A stretch of 64,000 nucleotides of DNA from Candidatus Methylomirabilota bacterium (GTDB lineage: Bacteria > Methylomirabilota > Methylomirabilia > Rokubacteriales > CSP1-6): assembly GCA_046727415.1 (NCBI GenBank), contig JBKPCO010000020.1:659-64658 (forward strand), read 5' to 3'. The first letter of the stretch is position 1, and each line of letters opens with the position of its first letter. The position numbers and the translations under genes are program-made. Below the pieces are notes generated by a model. That model saw nothing but the letters and a program-made list of their open reading frames with translations, was not told the DNA's origin and did no database searches. Below, piece by piece: positions 9,037 through 18,038 of this stretch.

Positions 9037-9040
9037 ATCG

Positions 9041-9070
9041 GACGAGGGGCGGTGCAGGCCGCCCCTCGTC
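9041..9070. terminator. perfect 12-bp stem-loop between convergent genes
   Basis: gacgaggggcgg-tgcagg-ccgcccctcgtc, located between the SBP remnant stop (9036) and the cyclase stop (9079). Confidence 0.5.
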
Positions 9071-9078
9071 CTGCTCGC

Positions 9079-10062
9079 TCAGCGAATCGCGGTCGGGGCG
9101 ACGGTGGAGCCCGTGAAGCCCTGCAGCTTGAGCGGCTGCATCACGAAGGCAAACTCGTACATGCGTTTGCCGGCGAGCTCGTCCAGCTTGAGGTTCTCCA
9201 GCAGGTGAATGCCGTTCACCACGAGCATGATCTGGTGGACCGGCAGCGAGATCTCCGGATCGGGATTCGGTGAGACCTCGACCGGCGCCGTGTCGCCGCC
9301 GACCAGCATCGGGTCCTGCTTGGCCAGCCACTCCGCCGCCTTCACGCCGATGCCGGGGCTGCTCTTCATGTAGCGCGCGTTGTCCTTCCCCCAGAGCTTG
9401 CCCCAGCCCGTGTGGATGATGACCGCGTCACCCGGCTGTAGCTTCTGGTTCTGGCGCTGGAGCGCGCCCTCGAGGTCGGCCACCGTGACCTCGTAGGTGT
9501 CGCCGAGCATGTCGACGGCCTTGAGCGCGGCGACGTCGATGAGCACGCCGCGGGTCATCAACGTGCCCACCTTCTCGATACCCACCTTCGTGAACCCGGT
9601 GCGCGTGGCGATGTCGTCGAGCTTGTAGCAGTTGTAGACCTTGTCCTCGATGGTCTGGTGAGCGAAGCCGTCGAACTGCGTGCCCACCTGACCGATCTCG
9701 CTGGTGAGCAGCTCCTCGTTGCTACCCCGGCGGTTGGACGGCTTGTTCATGAACGTGCGCTTGGTGTGCACGTTGAACTGGCGCGTGGCCGAGATCGGCA
9801 TCGACTGGCTGAGGACGTGGCTGAGCTCCACGTACTCGCCGGTCTTGATGAGCTGCGCGGCCTTGAGCACGGACGCGGGCTTCATGTGGTTGCCCGCGCC
9901 GCGCTCGTCGGTGGCGCCCCACTTCGATGGACAGCGCTGGCTCTCGGTCGGCGGTCGCCAGGACGGGCTCTGGGCGACGGCGGTCGACAGGCCGAGCGCG
10001 ACGATCACGGCGAGGACAACGATCATGCGACGCTGCATGGCTCTCCTCCGGGTGAAGGGCAC
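9079..10062 (-). CDS. secreted cyclase-family protein (kynurenine formamidase-like fold)
   Basis: 327 aa. Signal peptide MQRRMIVVLAVIVALGLSTAVAQS. GTQFDGFAH and IIHTGWGKLW are motifs of the putative cyclase family. Confidence 0.8.
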   Translation of the reverse strand: MPFTRRRAMQRRMIVVLAVIVALGLSTAVAQSPSWRPPTESQRCPSKWGATDERGAGNHMKPASVLKAAQLIKTGEYVELSHVLSQSMPISATRQFNVHTKRTFMNKPSNRRGSNEELLTSEIGQVGTQFDGFAHQTIEDKVYNCYKLDDIATRTGFTKVGIEKVGTLMTRGVLIDVAALKAVDMLGDTYEVTVADLEGALQRQNQKLQPGDAVIIHTGWGKLWGKDNARYMKSSPGIGVKAAEWLAKQDPMLVGGDTAPVEVSPNPDPEISLPVHQIMLVVNGIHLLENLKLDELAGKRMYEFAFVMQPLKLQGFTGSTVAPTAIR

Positions 10063-10081
10063 TACAATCGTCGATCTGGCG

Positions 10082-10837
10082 TCACGCGATCTTGATGATG
10101 CCGGGTTCCACCTCCTTGAACCGGTCTTTCACCTGCGGGTCGTGGCCGGCGACGACGAGCTTCGTCGAGCCGGCGAGCCGGTCGATGGTTTCGAAGGCGG
10201 TGAGCATCTGGGGCAGGCTCGTGATGATCTGGACCGGCTGCCGGGTCTCCACGTTGTGGTAGAAGTGCGAGGCGTCGGAGGTGAGCACGACAGGGCCGCG
10301 CCGGGTCTCGACGGTGACGATCTGGAGCCCGGCGGTGTGACCGCCCACCTTGTGCACGCGGATGCCGGGCCACACCTCGTGGTCGCCCTCGACGATCTTG
10401 ATCTTGTTCGCGTAGTTCAGCGTGACGAGGCGCGACAGCGCGTCCACGTTGGCCGAGCCGCGGAACGCCGGCGTGCTGCCGAACGGGCCGGTCCAGAACG
10501 CGACCTCCTCGCCCTGGATCCAGAACTCCGCGTTCGGGAACAGGCTGTGGCCGGCCCAGTGATCGTAGTGCAGGTGCGTGATGAGCGAGATCGGCACGTC
10601 GGCAGCCCGGACCCCGGCGCGCTCGACCATGGCCGCCGGGCTCACGTAGTTACGGATGCCGCGCGCCCGCGCGTCGTCGTCGCGAAACCCCGTGTCGACC
10701 AGGAGCGGCTGGGGACCACCCAGGATGAGCCACACGAAATAGTCGAGGGTGAGCTTGTCGTGCGAGGACTCGCGATAGAAGAACTGGCACTTCGTCGTGT
10801 CTCGCTCACCGTACTTGAGCGCAAGCACTTCGTACAT
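10082..10837 (-). CDS. MBL-fold metallo-hydrolase (lactonase-like)
   Basis: Start at MYEVLALKYG with GGGAGGGAGA upstream. ITHLHYDHWAG is the HxHxDH motif. The 74 upstream codons in the track are Arg/Ser-rich shadow. Confidence 0.8.
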   Translation of the reverse strand: MYEVLALKYGERDTTKCQFFYRESSHDKLTLDYFVWLILGGPQPLLVDTGFRDDDARARGIRNYVSPAAMVERAGVRAADVPISLITHLHYDHWAGHSLFPNAEFWIQGEEVAFWTGPFGSTPAFRGSANVDALSRLVTLNYANKIKIVEGDHEVWPGIRVHKVGGHTAGLQIVTVETRRGPVVLTSDASHFYHNVETRQPVQIITSLPQMLTAFETIDRLAGSTKLVVAGHDPQVKDRFKEVEPGIIKIA

Positions 10838-10898
10838 GACTGGTCTCCCTCCCTGGCGGGCAACTGTACTATGATCGGCCGACAGCGAGGAGACTGAC

Positions 10899-11900
10899 AT
10901 GACCAAGCGCGAGCGCGTCATGGCGGCGCTACGAGGCGCGCCGGTGGATCGAGTGCCGGTGAGTCTCTGGCTGCACAACTTCGCCACCGAGAACTCGGCC
11001 GACGACCTTGCCGCCGAGACGCTGCGGCTGGCCCGTCGGTTCGACTGGGATTTCCTCAAGCCCCAGACCCGCGCCCAGTGCTTTGCCGAGATGTGGGGGC
11101 TTCGCTACACGCCCTCGCGCGATCGCGCCACGTCCTACACGGTGACCGAGACGCCGGTGACGACCGCGGCCGATCTCCGTCGGCTCGAGCCGGCCGACGC
11201 GCGATTCGGTGCCCTCGGCCAGCAGCTCGAGGCGCTCGAAATGATCCGGAAGGCGGTGGGGCGGGACACCCCGATCATCTGGACGGTGTTCTCGCCGCTC
11301 ATGGTCCTGCCGTTTCTCCTGACGGGAGGCCGCACGCAGGCCGTGGCGCTCGTGCGCTCGGAACCCGCGGCCGTCGAGCATGCGCTCGACGCGATGGCGG
11401 TGACGCTCGAGGCCTACGCGCGCGCGGCCGTCGAGTCGGGCGCGGATGGCCTGTTCTACGCCACCAACATGGCCACGCGAGAGCTGTCGAGCGCCGCCGA
11501 GTGCCGTCGCTTCCAGCGGCCGTACGATCTGCGCATTCTCGGGCGGGTCGAGAGCGCGCCCTTCAACATGCTTCACGTGTGCGGGGCGGGCGTTCTTCTT
11601 GACGAGTTCGCCGACTACCCGGCGACGGCGCTGAGCTGGGCCACGACGCCCGGCAACCCCTCACTGCGCGACGCCCACCGGCGCACCGGCCGGGCCGTCG
11701 TGGGCGGGCTTCCCGCCAAGCCCGAGATCGCGAGCTTGCCGCCAGCAGAAGTCGAGGCACGGGGCCGCCGGGCCATCGCCGAGATGGGCGGACGTTTCCT
11801 GCTGTTGGGCCCGGACTGCTCGATCAACCCCGACACGTCCGACGTGGTGATGGACGCCGCGACGACCGCGGCCCGCTCGGGAGAGCGAGGTGGGACATGA
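10899..11900 (+). CDS. uroporphyrinogen decarboxylase (URO-D) family protein, possibly a methyltransferase/decarboxylase of aromatic substrates
   Basis: 333 aa. RERVMAALRGAPVDRVPVSLW is the URO-D family N-terminus. Confidence 0.75.
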   Translation: MTKRERVMAALRGAPVDRVPVSLWLHNFATENSADDLAAETLRLARRFDWDFLKPQTRAQCFAEMWGLRYTPSRDRATSYTVTETPVTTAADLRRLEPADARFGALGQQLEALEMIRKAVGRDTPIIWTVFSPLMVLPFLLTGGRTQAVALVRSEPAAVEHALDAMAVTLEAYARAAVESGADGLFYATNMATRELSSAAECRRFQRPYDLRILGRVESAPFNMLHVCGAGVLLDEFADYPATALSWATTPGNPSLRDAHRRTGRAVVGGLPAKPEIASLPPAEVEARGRRAIAEMGGRFLLLGPDCSINPDTSDVVMDAATTAARSGERGGT

Positions 11901-12349
11901 CCGTAAGTCTCTCGTCGAAACAGCTCGAGCAGTTGTGGGCCGAGCATCTCAAAGGGGAGTTCGAGAGCAAGGACGTCGAGGCGACGCTGGCCACCATGGT
12001 CGACGATGCCTACGTGAACCACATGCCGGTGAACACCGGCGGGCGCGGGAAGGACGCGCTGCGCGCCTTCTATCGGGACGACTTCATACCGTCATGGCCC
12101 GACGATCTCCAGATGACACCCATCAACCGTGTCGTCGGTGATGGGCAGCTCGTGGACGAGCTGCGTCTCACGTTCACGCACGATAAGCCGATGCCGTGGT
12201 TCCTACCGAACGTGTCGCCGACGGCGAGGAAGATCGCTATCGACGTCGTGGTCGTCGTGCAGTTTCGCGGTGACAAGATCGCGTGCGAGCGAATCTACTG
12301 GGATCACGCTGCCGCGCTTCGCCAGGCCGGTCTGCTGAAGGCGGACTGA
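11897..12349 (+). CDS. NTF2/SnoaL-like fold protein
   Basis: 150 aa. Overlaps the URO-D stop by 4 nt. ATLATMVDDAYVNHMPVNTGGRGKDALRAFY is the SnoaL-like pattern. Confidence 0.6.
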   Translation: MTVSLSSKQLEQLWAEHLKGEFESKDVEATLATMVDDAYVNHMPVNTGGRGKDALRAFYRDDFIPSWPDDLQMTPINRVVGDGQLVDELRLTFTHDKPMPWFLPNVSPTARKIAIDVVVVVQFRGDKIACERIYWDHAAALRQAGLLKAD

Positions 12350-12361
12350 CCGGCCGGCCGG

Positions 12362-13114
12362 CTACAGCATCACCAGCCCGCCGTTGACGTCGAGCGCGGC
12401 ACCGGTCACGTAGCGGGCCGCATCCGAGGCGAGAAACAGCACCACGTCGGCGATTTCCTCCGGCTCCCCGATGCGCCCGAGCGGAACTGTTTCCGCGATC
12501 CGGCGCGTCTGCTCGGGTGTCCGCAGCGCGCGGACGCGCTCGGTGGCCACGGTGCCGGGCGCGACCGCGTTGACCCGGATGCCGTCGCCCGCGGCCTCGA
12601 GGGCCACGTGACGCGTGAAGCCGAGGATCGCCGCCTTCGCGGCCGCGTAGTGGGACGTGGTGGTGACGGCGCTCGAGCGGCCGGCGATCGACGACAGGTT
12701 GACGATCGAGCCCGAGCGCTGCCGCCGCATGTGCGGCAGCACGGCCTTGGTGCAGAGGAAGGCGCTCGTCACGTTGAATCGAAAGATCGCGTCCCACTCC
12801 TCGTCGGGGATGTCCTCGGTCCGACGGATCACTGAGAAGCCGCCGGCGTTGTTGACCAGCACGTCGACGCGGCCCCACCGGCCGATGACGGTGTCGACCG
12901 CGCGCCGCACCTCGCCGGCCACCGTGACGTCAACCTTCAGCGCGAGCGCCTCGCGACCGCCGGCGGCGAGCTCTCCGGCGAGACCTTCCACGCCGTCGGC
13001 GTTCACGTCGAGGGCCGCGACCCGCGCGCCCTCTCGGCCGAATGCCCTGGCAACGCGCAGCCCGATGCCCTTGGCGGCGCCGGTGACGATGGCCACCTGC
13101 CCCTCGAACCTCAT
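12362..13114 (-). CDS. short-chain dehydrogenase/reductase (FabG-like)
   Basis: Start MRFEGQVAIVTGAAKGIG (TGxxxGIG) with GGAGG upstream; NNAG; YAAAKAA catalytic YxxxK. Confidence 0.9.
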   Translation of the reverse strand: MRFEGQVAIVTGAAKGIGLRVARAFGREGARVAALDVNADGVEGLAGELAAGGREALALKVDVTVAGEVRRAVDTVIGRWGRVDVLVNNAGGFSVIRRTEDIPDEEWDAIFRFNVTSAFLCTKAVLPHMRRQRSGSIVNLSSIAGRSSAVTTTSHYAAAKAAILGFTRHVALEAAGDGIRVNAVAPGTVATERVRALRTPEQTRRIAETVPLGRIGEPEEIADVVLFLASDAARYVTGAALDVNGGLVML

Positions 13115-13163
13115 GCAAAGAGCCTCCGGCCGGTCGCGCCGTCGAAGAACACGATCGGGGATG

Positions 13164-14372
13164 TCACATCGTGGGGCTGCTGAACTCACCGCCGAGCGCG
13201 ACCAGCGCCCACGGCCCGCCCTGCGCATCCCAGCTGAAGCCGATGTGGCCGGCGAGCGCGTGCTGGTCGCGGAAGAGCCGCTGGATCGGGTACCGGTCGT
13301 AGATGCCGTTGGCGCCGGCCAGTGCGTGGAGCGTGTCGACGGCCTCGGTGCAGAGCTCCATCGCGTAGGCGACGTTGCGCTTGAAGCGGAGCTTCTCTTC
13401 GAGTGTGGGCGCACGACCGGCCCGGGCGATCCGCTCGGCGTCGAGACAGTCGGTGCGGATGACGAGCCGGGCCGAGTCGACCATCGCGCCGGCGCGGCCG
13501 ACGCGCAGCTGCACGGCCTGGAAGTCGCGCATGCGCGCGCCGGTGTAGTTGGTGCTGCGCTCGCGGATTACTTCGATGGTCATCTCGAGCGCGGCCTGGG
13601 CGTTGCCGACGCCGGCCGCCGCCAGGCAGTGGGAGCCCAGGGCCGACAGCGGCACCTGGTAGAGCGGGTTCGGATTGGCGAGCGCCCCTGGAAACTGATT
13701 CCCGCCGCGCGCCAGGTACATGCAGAGAGCCCGATGCTCGGGCACGAAGACTTCGCGGGCCCGGACGGATTTGGATCCGGTGCTGCGCATGCCGAGCACG
13801 TTCCAGTCGTCGACGATCTCGTAGTCGCTCCGCGGCACCAGACACATCCGGTGATCGACGACGCGCTCGCCGTCGCGGACCATGACGGCCAGCATATTCC
13901 AGTCGCAGGCGTCGACGCCGCTCGAGAAGTTCCAGAATCCGCTGACGACGAAGCCGCCGTCGACGCGGCGCCCGCTGCCCTGCGGATAGGCGATGCCCGA
14001 GGCGATCAGGGCATCGGGGTTCTTGCTCCATACCTCGTCCTGGGCGCGCTCGTCGTAGAGCGCCAGCATCCAGTGGTGCACGCCCAGGTTCGCGACGTTC
14101 CAGCCGGTCGAGGCGCAACCACGGGCGACCTCGGCCGGCACGTCGAAGAGCGCCACGAAGTCGAGCTCCATGCCGCCCCAGCGTCGCGGCTGGTGAAAAC
14201 GGAAGAGCCCGGTGCGGTGCAGGTCCTCGATCGTCTCCTTCGGCATCTCGCGCCCGGCCTCGGCGGCCGCGGCGCGCTCGCGCAAGGCTGGCACGAGCCC
14301 GCGCGCCCGGCGCATCGCCTCGTCGTAGTCGACCCCGACGAAGCCCGGGCGCGCCGGTCGCGCCTCGGTCAT
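13164..14372 (-). CDS. acyl-CoA-dehydrogenase-fold flavin-dependent monooxygenase, oxygenase component (HsaA/HpaH-C2-like)
   Basis: 402 aa. ACAD-like fold with an N-terminus typical of two-component aromatic hydroxylases (IEDLHRTGLFRFHQPRRWGGME). A flavin reductase lies 600 bp away. Confidence 0.75.
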   Translation of the reverse strand: MTEARPARPGFVGVDYDEAMRRARGLVPALRERAAAAEAGREMPKETIEDLHRTGLFRFHQPRRWGGMELDFVALFDVPAEVARGCASTGWNVANLGVHHWMLALYDERAQDEVWSKNPDALIASGIAYPQGSGRRVDGGFVVSGFWNFSSGVDACDWNMLAVMVRDGERVVDHRMCLVPRSDYEIVDDWNVLGMRSTGSKSVRAREVFVPEHRALCMYLARGGNQFPGALANPNPLYQVPLSALGSHCLAAAGVGNAQAALEMTIEVIRERSTNYTGARMRDFQAVQLRVGRAGAMVDSARLVIRTDCLDAERIARAGRAPTLEEKLRFKRNVAYAMELCTEAVDTLHALAGANGIYDRYPIQRLFRDQHALAGHIGFSWDAQGGPWALVALGGEFSSPTM

Positions 14373-14845
14373 GCCCGCATGCCGGCAGTCGCCTGGGGCA
14401 TTTTCGAGTAGTCCTCGCCGCCCCAGTCCGTGACGTCCTTCAGGCCGAAGAAGTTGAGCTCGATGGTCAGGCCGTTCGGGTCCTTGACAAAGATCTGATA
14501 AAGATCGAACTCCGGTAGCGACCGCGGCTGGAAGTCGAGTCCGCGCGCCTTGAAGCGCCGGATGAAGTCCCCGGGCTTGGTCGCGAGGAACGCGATGTGG
14601 TCGACTACGCCGGCGTGGTCGGTCACCGCGCCCTTCGGCGTTCCCAGATAGTAGAGCTCGGCGTTGTCGATGCCGTCCGGCCCCATGTGCACCTGGATCT
14701 TGCCGTTCACGCCGAGCCAGTAGCCGGGGAAGGGAAAGCTTGGCCGATTCATCACCTCGAAGCCGAGCACGTCGCAGTAGAAGGCCTTGGTCTTCTCGAG
14801 GTCATTGGCCCGGATGAAATAGTGATTGAGCTCAGTCAGCGGCAT
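14369..14845 (-). CDS. VOC/glyoxalase-family protein (possible extradiol-type dioxygenase)
   Basis: 158 aa. LNHYFIRANDLEKTKAFYCDVLGFEV and VDHIAF. Overlaps the monooxygenase start by 4 nt. Confidence 0.8.
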   Translation of the reverse strand: MPLTELNHYFIRANDLEKTKAFYCDVLGFEVMNRPSFPFPGYWLGVNGKIQVHMGPDGIDNAELYYLGTPKGAVTDHAGVVDHIAFLATKPGDFIRRFKARGLDFQPRSLPEFDLYQIFVKDPNGLTIELNFFGLKDVTDWGGEDYSKMPQATAGMRA

Positions 14846-14972
14846 GGGTTCCTCCTCACCGCGTTCGCGGTTCGGGCCGATGGTACGCGAAAGGACTCTC
14901 GATGCGCAAAGCCGTCGATGTCTGGACCGCGGGCCGCATCCGCCGTATCCTCCGGGGCGGGAGGACTACCCG

Positions 14973-15476
14973 ATGGACGCGAACGCCAAGAAGACTACGC
15001 TGCGCATGATCCCGTACGGCCTCTACGTCCTGACCGCCGCCGGCAAGGACGGCCAGGTCGCCGCGGCCACCATCAACTGGGTGACCCAGGCCTCGTTCGA
15101 GCCGCCGCTGGTCGCGATCGGGGTGAAGACCGACTCGCACGCCCACGCGCTCATCAAGGACACCAAGGCCTTCGCGCTGAACGTGCTGGGCAAGGGGCAG
15201 CAGGCGCTCGCCTACACGTTCTTCAAGCCGGCCGAGCGCAAGGGCGACACGATCTCGGGCGAGAAGTTCCGCCCGGGCACGACGGGCGCGCCGATCCTCG
15301 CCAGCGCGCCGGCCTTCGTCGAGTGCACGCTCGAGGCCACGGTGGAGAAGGGCGACCACTCCGTCTTCGTCGGGAAGGTCGTCGAGGTCGGGCTCACGAA
15401 GACACCCGACGGCCGGGCCGACGACGCCACGCTCTGGCTGAAGGACCTCGGCGACAAGGTCTTCTACGGCGGCTAG
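14973..15476 (+). CDS. flavin reductase domain protein (NAD(P)H:flavin oxidoreductase partner)
   Basis: Start MDANAKK with GGGAGGA upstream. YGLYVLTAAGKDGQVAAATINWVTQASFEPPLVAIGV is the flavin_reduct motif. Confidence 0.85.
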   Translation: MDANAKKTTLRMIPYGLYVLTAAGKDGQVAAATINWVTQASFEPPLVAIGVKTDSHAHALIKDTKAFALNVLGKGQQALAYTFFKPAERKGDTISGEKFRPGTTGAPILASAPAFVECTLEATVEKGDHSVFVGKVVEVGLTKTPDGRADDATLWLKDLGDKVFYGG

Positions 15477-15482
15477 ACCACC

Positions 15483-16880
15483 TCAGGCCGGCGTGATATT
15501 GGCGTTGGCGCGGAACAGGTTCGTCGGGTCGTACACCGCCTTCAGCTCGCGCAGCCGGGCGTAGTTCGCCCCGAACGACGCGCGGACCTTCTCCGGCCGG
15601 TCATCGGCGGCCAGATGGTTGACGTACGCGCTGCCCTGCAGGTGCGGCTCCAGCCGCTCCCAGAGCTTCCGAACCCACGCGATGTGCTGCGGAGACTGAG
15701 CGGCGTCCGTCCACTGCGCGATAGCGTCGAAGTCCCACTGGGGCCGCCGCGCGGCGAACGCCGTGGCGGTCGGCGAGACGCGGGTCGCCGCGCCGTGCAC
15801 GTTGAAGAAGAGCAACGCGCTCATGGGTGAGCTGAAGCCCGCCGCGCCTTCGACCAGCGCGTCGATGAGCCCGTCCGAGAGCTGTTCCGTGAAGGCCGAC
15901 CGCCAGTAGCGGTGCAGGCCGTGCACCGCGTTGGGATCGTCCAGCATGGTCTGGCGCGCCTTGTACGGTACCGGCCCGACGAGATCGGCGATCGGCTTGC
16001 CGAACTGACGCGCGGGCGCCAGGACCTTCACGCCCTCCTCGATCGGCCCGTTGTAGCCGAGGATCAGCGCTGAGGCCGGTTTGCCGTCGGGCGCGGTGAG
16101 AAGGGCGGTGTAGGCCTCCGCCTCGTCGGGAAGCGTCTGGCAGAAATCGCGATAGAAGCGGAGCACCTCGCGCGCCTGATCGAGCGGATACAGCACGAGC
16201 CCGCCCAGGACCTGCGTGACCGGATGCAGGCGGTATTCGAATGACGTGACGACGCCAAAGTTGCCGCCGCCGCCCCGCAGCGCCCAGAAGAGATCCGGGT
16301 TGTCCGTCGCGCTGGCCTTGCGAAGCTGCCCGTCGGCTGTCACGACGTCGACGGAGATCAGGTTGTCGATAGTGAGCCCGTGCTTGCCCATGAGCCAGCC
16401 GAGGCCGCCGCCCAGGGTGAGCCCGGCGATGCCCGTATTGGAAACGGTGCCGCCCGTCGTGGCGAGGCCGAACGCCTGGGTTTCGTGATCGAGCTCGCGC
16501 CAGAGCACGCCGCCCTCGGCCCGTACGGTGCGGGCGCCCGGGTCGACCCGGATGCCTTTCATCGCCGACAGGTCGAGGACCAGACCACCGTCGTTGGTGC
16601 CGTAGCCCGGCGCGCTGTGGCCGCCCCCGCGCAAGGCCAGCGCCAGATGGTTGGTTCGGGCGAAGTTGACGGCCTGTTGCACGTCGGCAGCACCGGTCGC
16701 GCGCACGATGAGGGCGGGACGACGATCGACGTTGGCGTTCCACACGCGACGCGCCGCCTCGTAGCCGGCGTGATCGCTTCCGATCAGCTCGCCACGGAGC
16801 GCGCTTCGGAGACCGTCGACGTCGTCGGTCCCAAGGTTGATACCGGTTCCATCTGCGGTCACTGCGGCGACATTAGCCAT
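15483..16880 (-). CDS. FAD-linked oxidase (PCMH/BBE-like)
   Basis: Start MANVAAVT with a GAGGTGA RBS. ALRGGGHSAPGY FAD-binding motif and a C-terminal BBE-like YVNH...LRELKAVYDPTNLFRANANI. Confidence 0.85.
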   Translation of the reverse strand: MANVAAVTADGTGINLGTDDVDGLRSALRGELIGSDHAGYEAARRVWNANVDRRPALIVRATGAADVQQAVNFARTNHLALALRGGGHSAPGYGTNDGGLVLDLSAMKGIRVDPGARTVRAEGGVLWRELDHETQAFGLATTGGTVSNTGIAGLTLGGGLGWLMGKHGLTIDNLISVDVVTADGQLRKASATDNPDLFWALRGGGGNFGVVTSFEYRLHPVTQVLGGLVLYPLDQAREVLRFYRDFCQTLPDEAEAYTALLTAPDGKPASALILGYNGPIEEGVKVLAPARQFGKPIADLVGPVPYKARQTMLDDPNAVHGLHRYWRSAFTEQLSDGLIDALVEGAAGFSSPMSALLFFNVHGAATRVSPTATAFAARRPQWDFDAIAQWTDAAQSPQHIAWVRKLWERLEPHLQGSAYVNHLAADDRPEKVRASFGANYARLRELKAVYDPTNLFRANANITPA

Positions 16881-17087
16881 GAGGTCACCTCGGGCTCTCC
16901 GTGGAATGTGCTCGTTCTGCGCATTCAACATTCATACCGCCGAAGATGAGGGAGGGAATCGTGTGGATTCATCTGCCCTCCGGCGCCTCGCCATCCTCCG
17001 CCTTCGCATCAGCGCGGGCAGGACGCCACGGAGCCTCGACGGCGATTCGGGCAAAAGACCCGATCAGGAAATGTCGACGGTGTGTCT

Positions 17088-18038
17088 TCAGAGCGCGACG
17101 CGGTAGCGCTCGGGGTCCTGATCGAACATCTCCTTGCAATGGCGGCAGCAGAAGTACATCGTGCGTCCGGAGAACTCCGAACGGAACTTCGCGGTCGCGC
17201 TGTCGACCATCATGCCGCAGATCGGGTCCCTGGACTCGATGCGGACCGCAGCTGCAGCCGCGGGCGCCGGCTCCGCCTGCGCACCCAGCGCCTTCTCGCT
17301 GCGGCGATGCTGGATGATCTCGGCGAGGATGCTCACGGCAATCTCTTCGGGGGTGACCGCACCGATGTCGAGCCCAGCCGGCGCCTTGAGTCGGCCGAAT
17401 CGGTCAGGCGAGGTGCCGCGCTGCTTCACCCGCTCGACGATCATCGAGGCGCGGCGCCGGCTTGCGACCAGGCTGACGTAACCGGCGTCGGTCTCGAGCA
17501 CGCGTAAGAGCGCGTCCTCGTCGGTGTCGGCGTGGGTGGCGACGACGACGGAGGCGCGACGGTCGAGACGGAGCTCGGCGAGCTGCGTCGTCTGCGCGTC
17601 TTCTGAGAGTGTCGAGACCGCGAAGCCGGCGACGGCTCCGAGGGCGGCGAGGCTCTCGACGACCGGTCCTTGGCCGACGAGCACGAGCTGCGGCTTCGGG
17701 AGATACGGCTCCACATAGATCTCCAGCGTGCCACCGCTGTGGCACGTCATGCCGTATTCGACCATGCCTTCCGTCCGGCCGGGCGTACGCGCGCCCTCCC
17801 CGTAGAGCCCGATGAGACGTGGGCGCCCGTCACGGAGCGCGCTGAGGGCCTCGCGGACGACCACGGGCTCGGCGCAGGCGCCGCCGACCCATCCCCGCAC
17901 GCTGCCGTTCTCACGGATCAGGACCTTCGCGCCGGGCTTCGCCGAGGTCGGCGCCTCGCAGCGAACGACCGTAGCCAGCGCAAACGCCTCGCCGCGCTGC
18001 TGCAGATCGGCCGCGAGCGCTAGGAGCTCCTCGTTCAA
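17088..18038 (-). CDS. XdhC/CoxI-family molybdoenzyme maturation factor with C-terminal YHS (TRASH-type) metal-binding domain
   Basis: TTG start overlaps the coxL TGA (TTGA). FALATVVRCEAPTSAKPGAKVLI is the XdhC_CoxI N-domain and LVLVGQGPVVESLA the Rossmann-like C-domain. The last ~45 aa, DPICGMMVDSATAKFRSEFSGRTMYFCCRHCKEMFDQDPERY, form the YHS motif. Confidence 0.8.
   Translation of the reverse strand: MNEELLALAADLQQRGEAFALATVVRCEAPTSAKPGAKVLIRENGSVRGWVGGACAEPVVVREALSALRDGRPRLIGLYGEGARTPGRTEGMVEYGMTCHSGGTLEIYVEPYLPKPQLVLVGQGPVVESLAALGAVAGFAVSTLSEDAQTTQLAELRLDRRASVVVATHADTDEDALLRVLETDAGYVSLVASRRRASMIVERVKQRGTSPDRFGRLKAPAGLDIGAVTPEEIAVSILAEIIQHRRSEKALGAQAEPAPAAAAAVRIESRDPICGMMVDSATAKFRSEFSGRTMYFCCRHCKEMFDQDPERYRVAL

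Noticed and set aside
12657-14411. 584-aa plus-strand ORF
   Set aside because: Antisense shadow of the SDR and monooxygenase genes. Low-complexity composition.
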